NCBI GenBank assembly: GCA_965247095.1
Contig: OZ251997.1
Location: 960,001-1,024,000 of the forward strand
Reading direction: 5' to 3'
DNA: 64,000 bases
From: Candidatus Multivorans sp.
GTDB lineage: Bacteria > Acidobacteriota > Thermoanaerobaculia > Multivoradales > Multivoraceae
Position numbers and translations under genes: made by a program. The notes under the pieces are model-generated. The model had not been told where the DNA came from and ran no database searches. It was given only the letters and a program-made list of their open reading frames with translations. Positions 63,433 through 64,000 of the stretch are shown here, one piece after another. The number at the start of each line of letters is the position of its first letter. The stretch's first letter is position 1.

Positions 63433-63784
63433 GCCCAAGCCGAAGCGGCTGTGGCGCTGCTTCGTTCACGACATGATCGGGTGTTGCGACCGGATCCTCG
63501 AGGATTCGTCCGGCCTCGACCGCGAATCTCTCGTTGCGGAACGGAGCAGCTACGACGCCGTTCGGTACAACCTGATCGTGTTGGGGGAGGCGGTGACCAA
63601 CGTCCCCGAAGAGGTTCGGGCCCGCCACCCCGAGGTGCCGTGGCGGGACATCGTGGCAACGAGGAATCGCTTGATTCACGGCTATCCAGGGGTCGACTCC
63701 GGGATTGTCTGGCAGACCGTCGCGAAGGACATACGGCCTCTTCGGACAGCGCTGCGGGATCTGCTCAAAGCAGAGGTCGAATGA
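63425..63784 (+). CDS. HepT-type (DUF86) HEPN ribonuclease toxin
   Basis: LGEA, PEVPW..I.ATRNRLIHGY (Rx4H motif); overlaps the MNT gene. Confidence 0.92.
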   Translation: MSEPKPKRLWRCFVHDMIGCCDRILEDSSGLDRESLVAERSSYDAVRYNLIVLGEAVTNVPEEVRARHPEVPWRDIVATRNRLIHGYPGVDSGIVWQTVAKDIRPLRTALRDLLKAEVE

Positions 63785-63788
63785 CGTC

Positions 63789-63899
63789 ATGCACGAGACA
63801 GGCAGGGTCTTCGGTATCGTGATCACGATGACCTGCGACAATCACTGGAGACGGGCCCGACCGGAGGAGGCGTTGGAGCGGATCGATGGCTTGGGGTGA
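63789..63899 (+). pseudogene. Internally deleted DUF4160-type toxin remnant
   Basis: MHETGRVFGIVITMTCDNH joined directly to WRRARPEEALERIDGL, resembling the N- and C-termini of DUF4160 without the core. Confidence 0.55.
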
Positions 63900-64000
63900 T
63901 CCAGTAACGCCGGATCTCATGCGGGCGACCTGGCTGGGCGATCATCGCATTCGCCTGGAGTTCGAGGACGGATGCGCGGGGGTGCTGGACATGGGGAACC
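63886..64000 (+). CDS. DUF2442-type antitoxin (runs off the window)
   Basis: RATWLGDHRIRLEFEDGCAGVLD matches the DUF2442 N-terminal strand pattern. Confidence 0.65.
   Translation, partial: MAWGDPVTPDLMRATWLGDHRIRLEFEDGCAGVLDMGN

Overview
High-GC bacterial chromosomal window, densely coding. The gene repertoire (DUF4175, DUF5916, BNR/VPS10 hydrolase, CHAT, sulfatase-HEAT, many ACADs and LLMs) resembles Acidobacteriota such as marine or sponge-associated Thermoanaerobaculia, but this is inference only. The window holds housekeeping genes (clpS-clpA, prfC, rnhA, recQ), a glutathione locus (gor, gshB, chaC, plus ggt and a GST elsewhere) and an acyl-CoA/lipid catabolic set (two heteromeric-type ACAD pairs, CoA ligase, enoyl-CoA hydratase, two CaiB/BaiF proteins, three LLM enzymes). 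It also holds a complete IS1634-family element, five toxin-antitoxin-like modules, an Abi/HEPN-like protein and a type III restriction Res subunit. The most unusual item is a tandem pair of genes each fusing a degenerate Dph6/MJ0570-like PP-loop ATPase domain to an AraC helix-turn-helix. Their upstream region, which contains a 7/14-bp periodic array, is split by the IS. Other notable items are an RNase HI with a second catalytically dead RNase H domain, a secreted CHAT pseudoprotease, a Cys-rich lipoprotein, a 73-bp double-hairpin repeat with a compensatory base-pair change, and many apparently leaderless genes. No rRNA, tRNA or CRISPR array was seen. All family calls are by motif recognition by eye, not database search.
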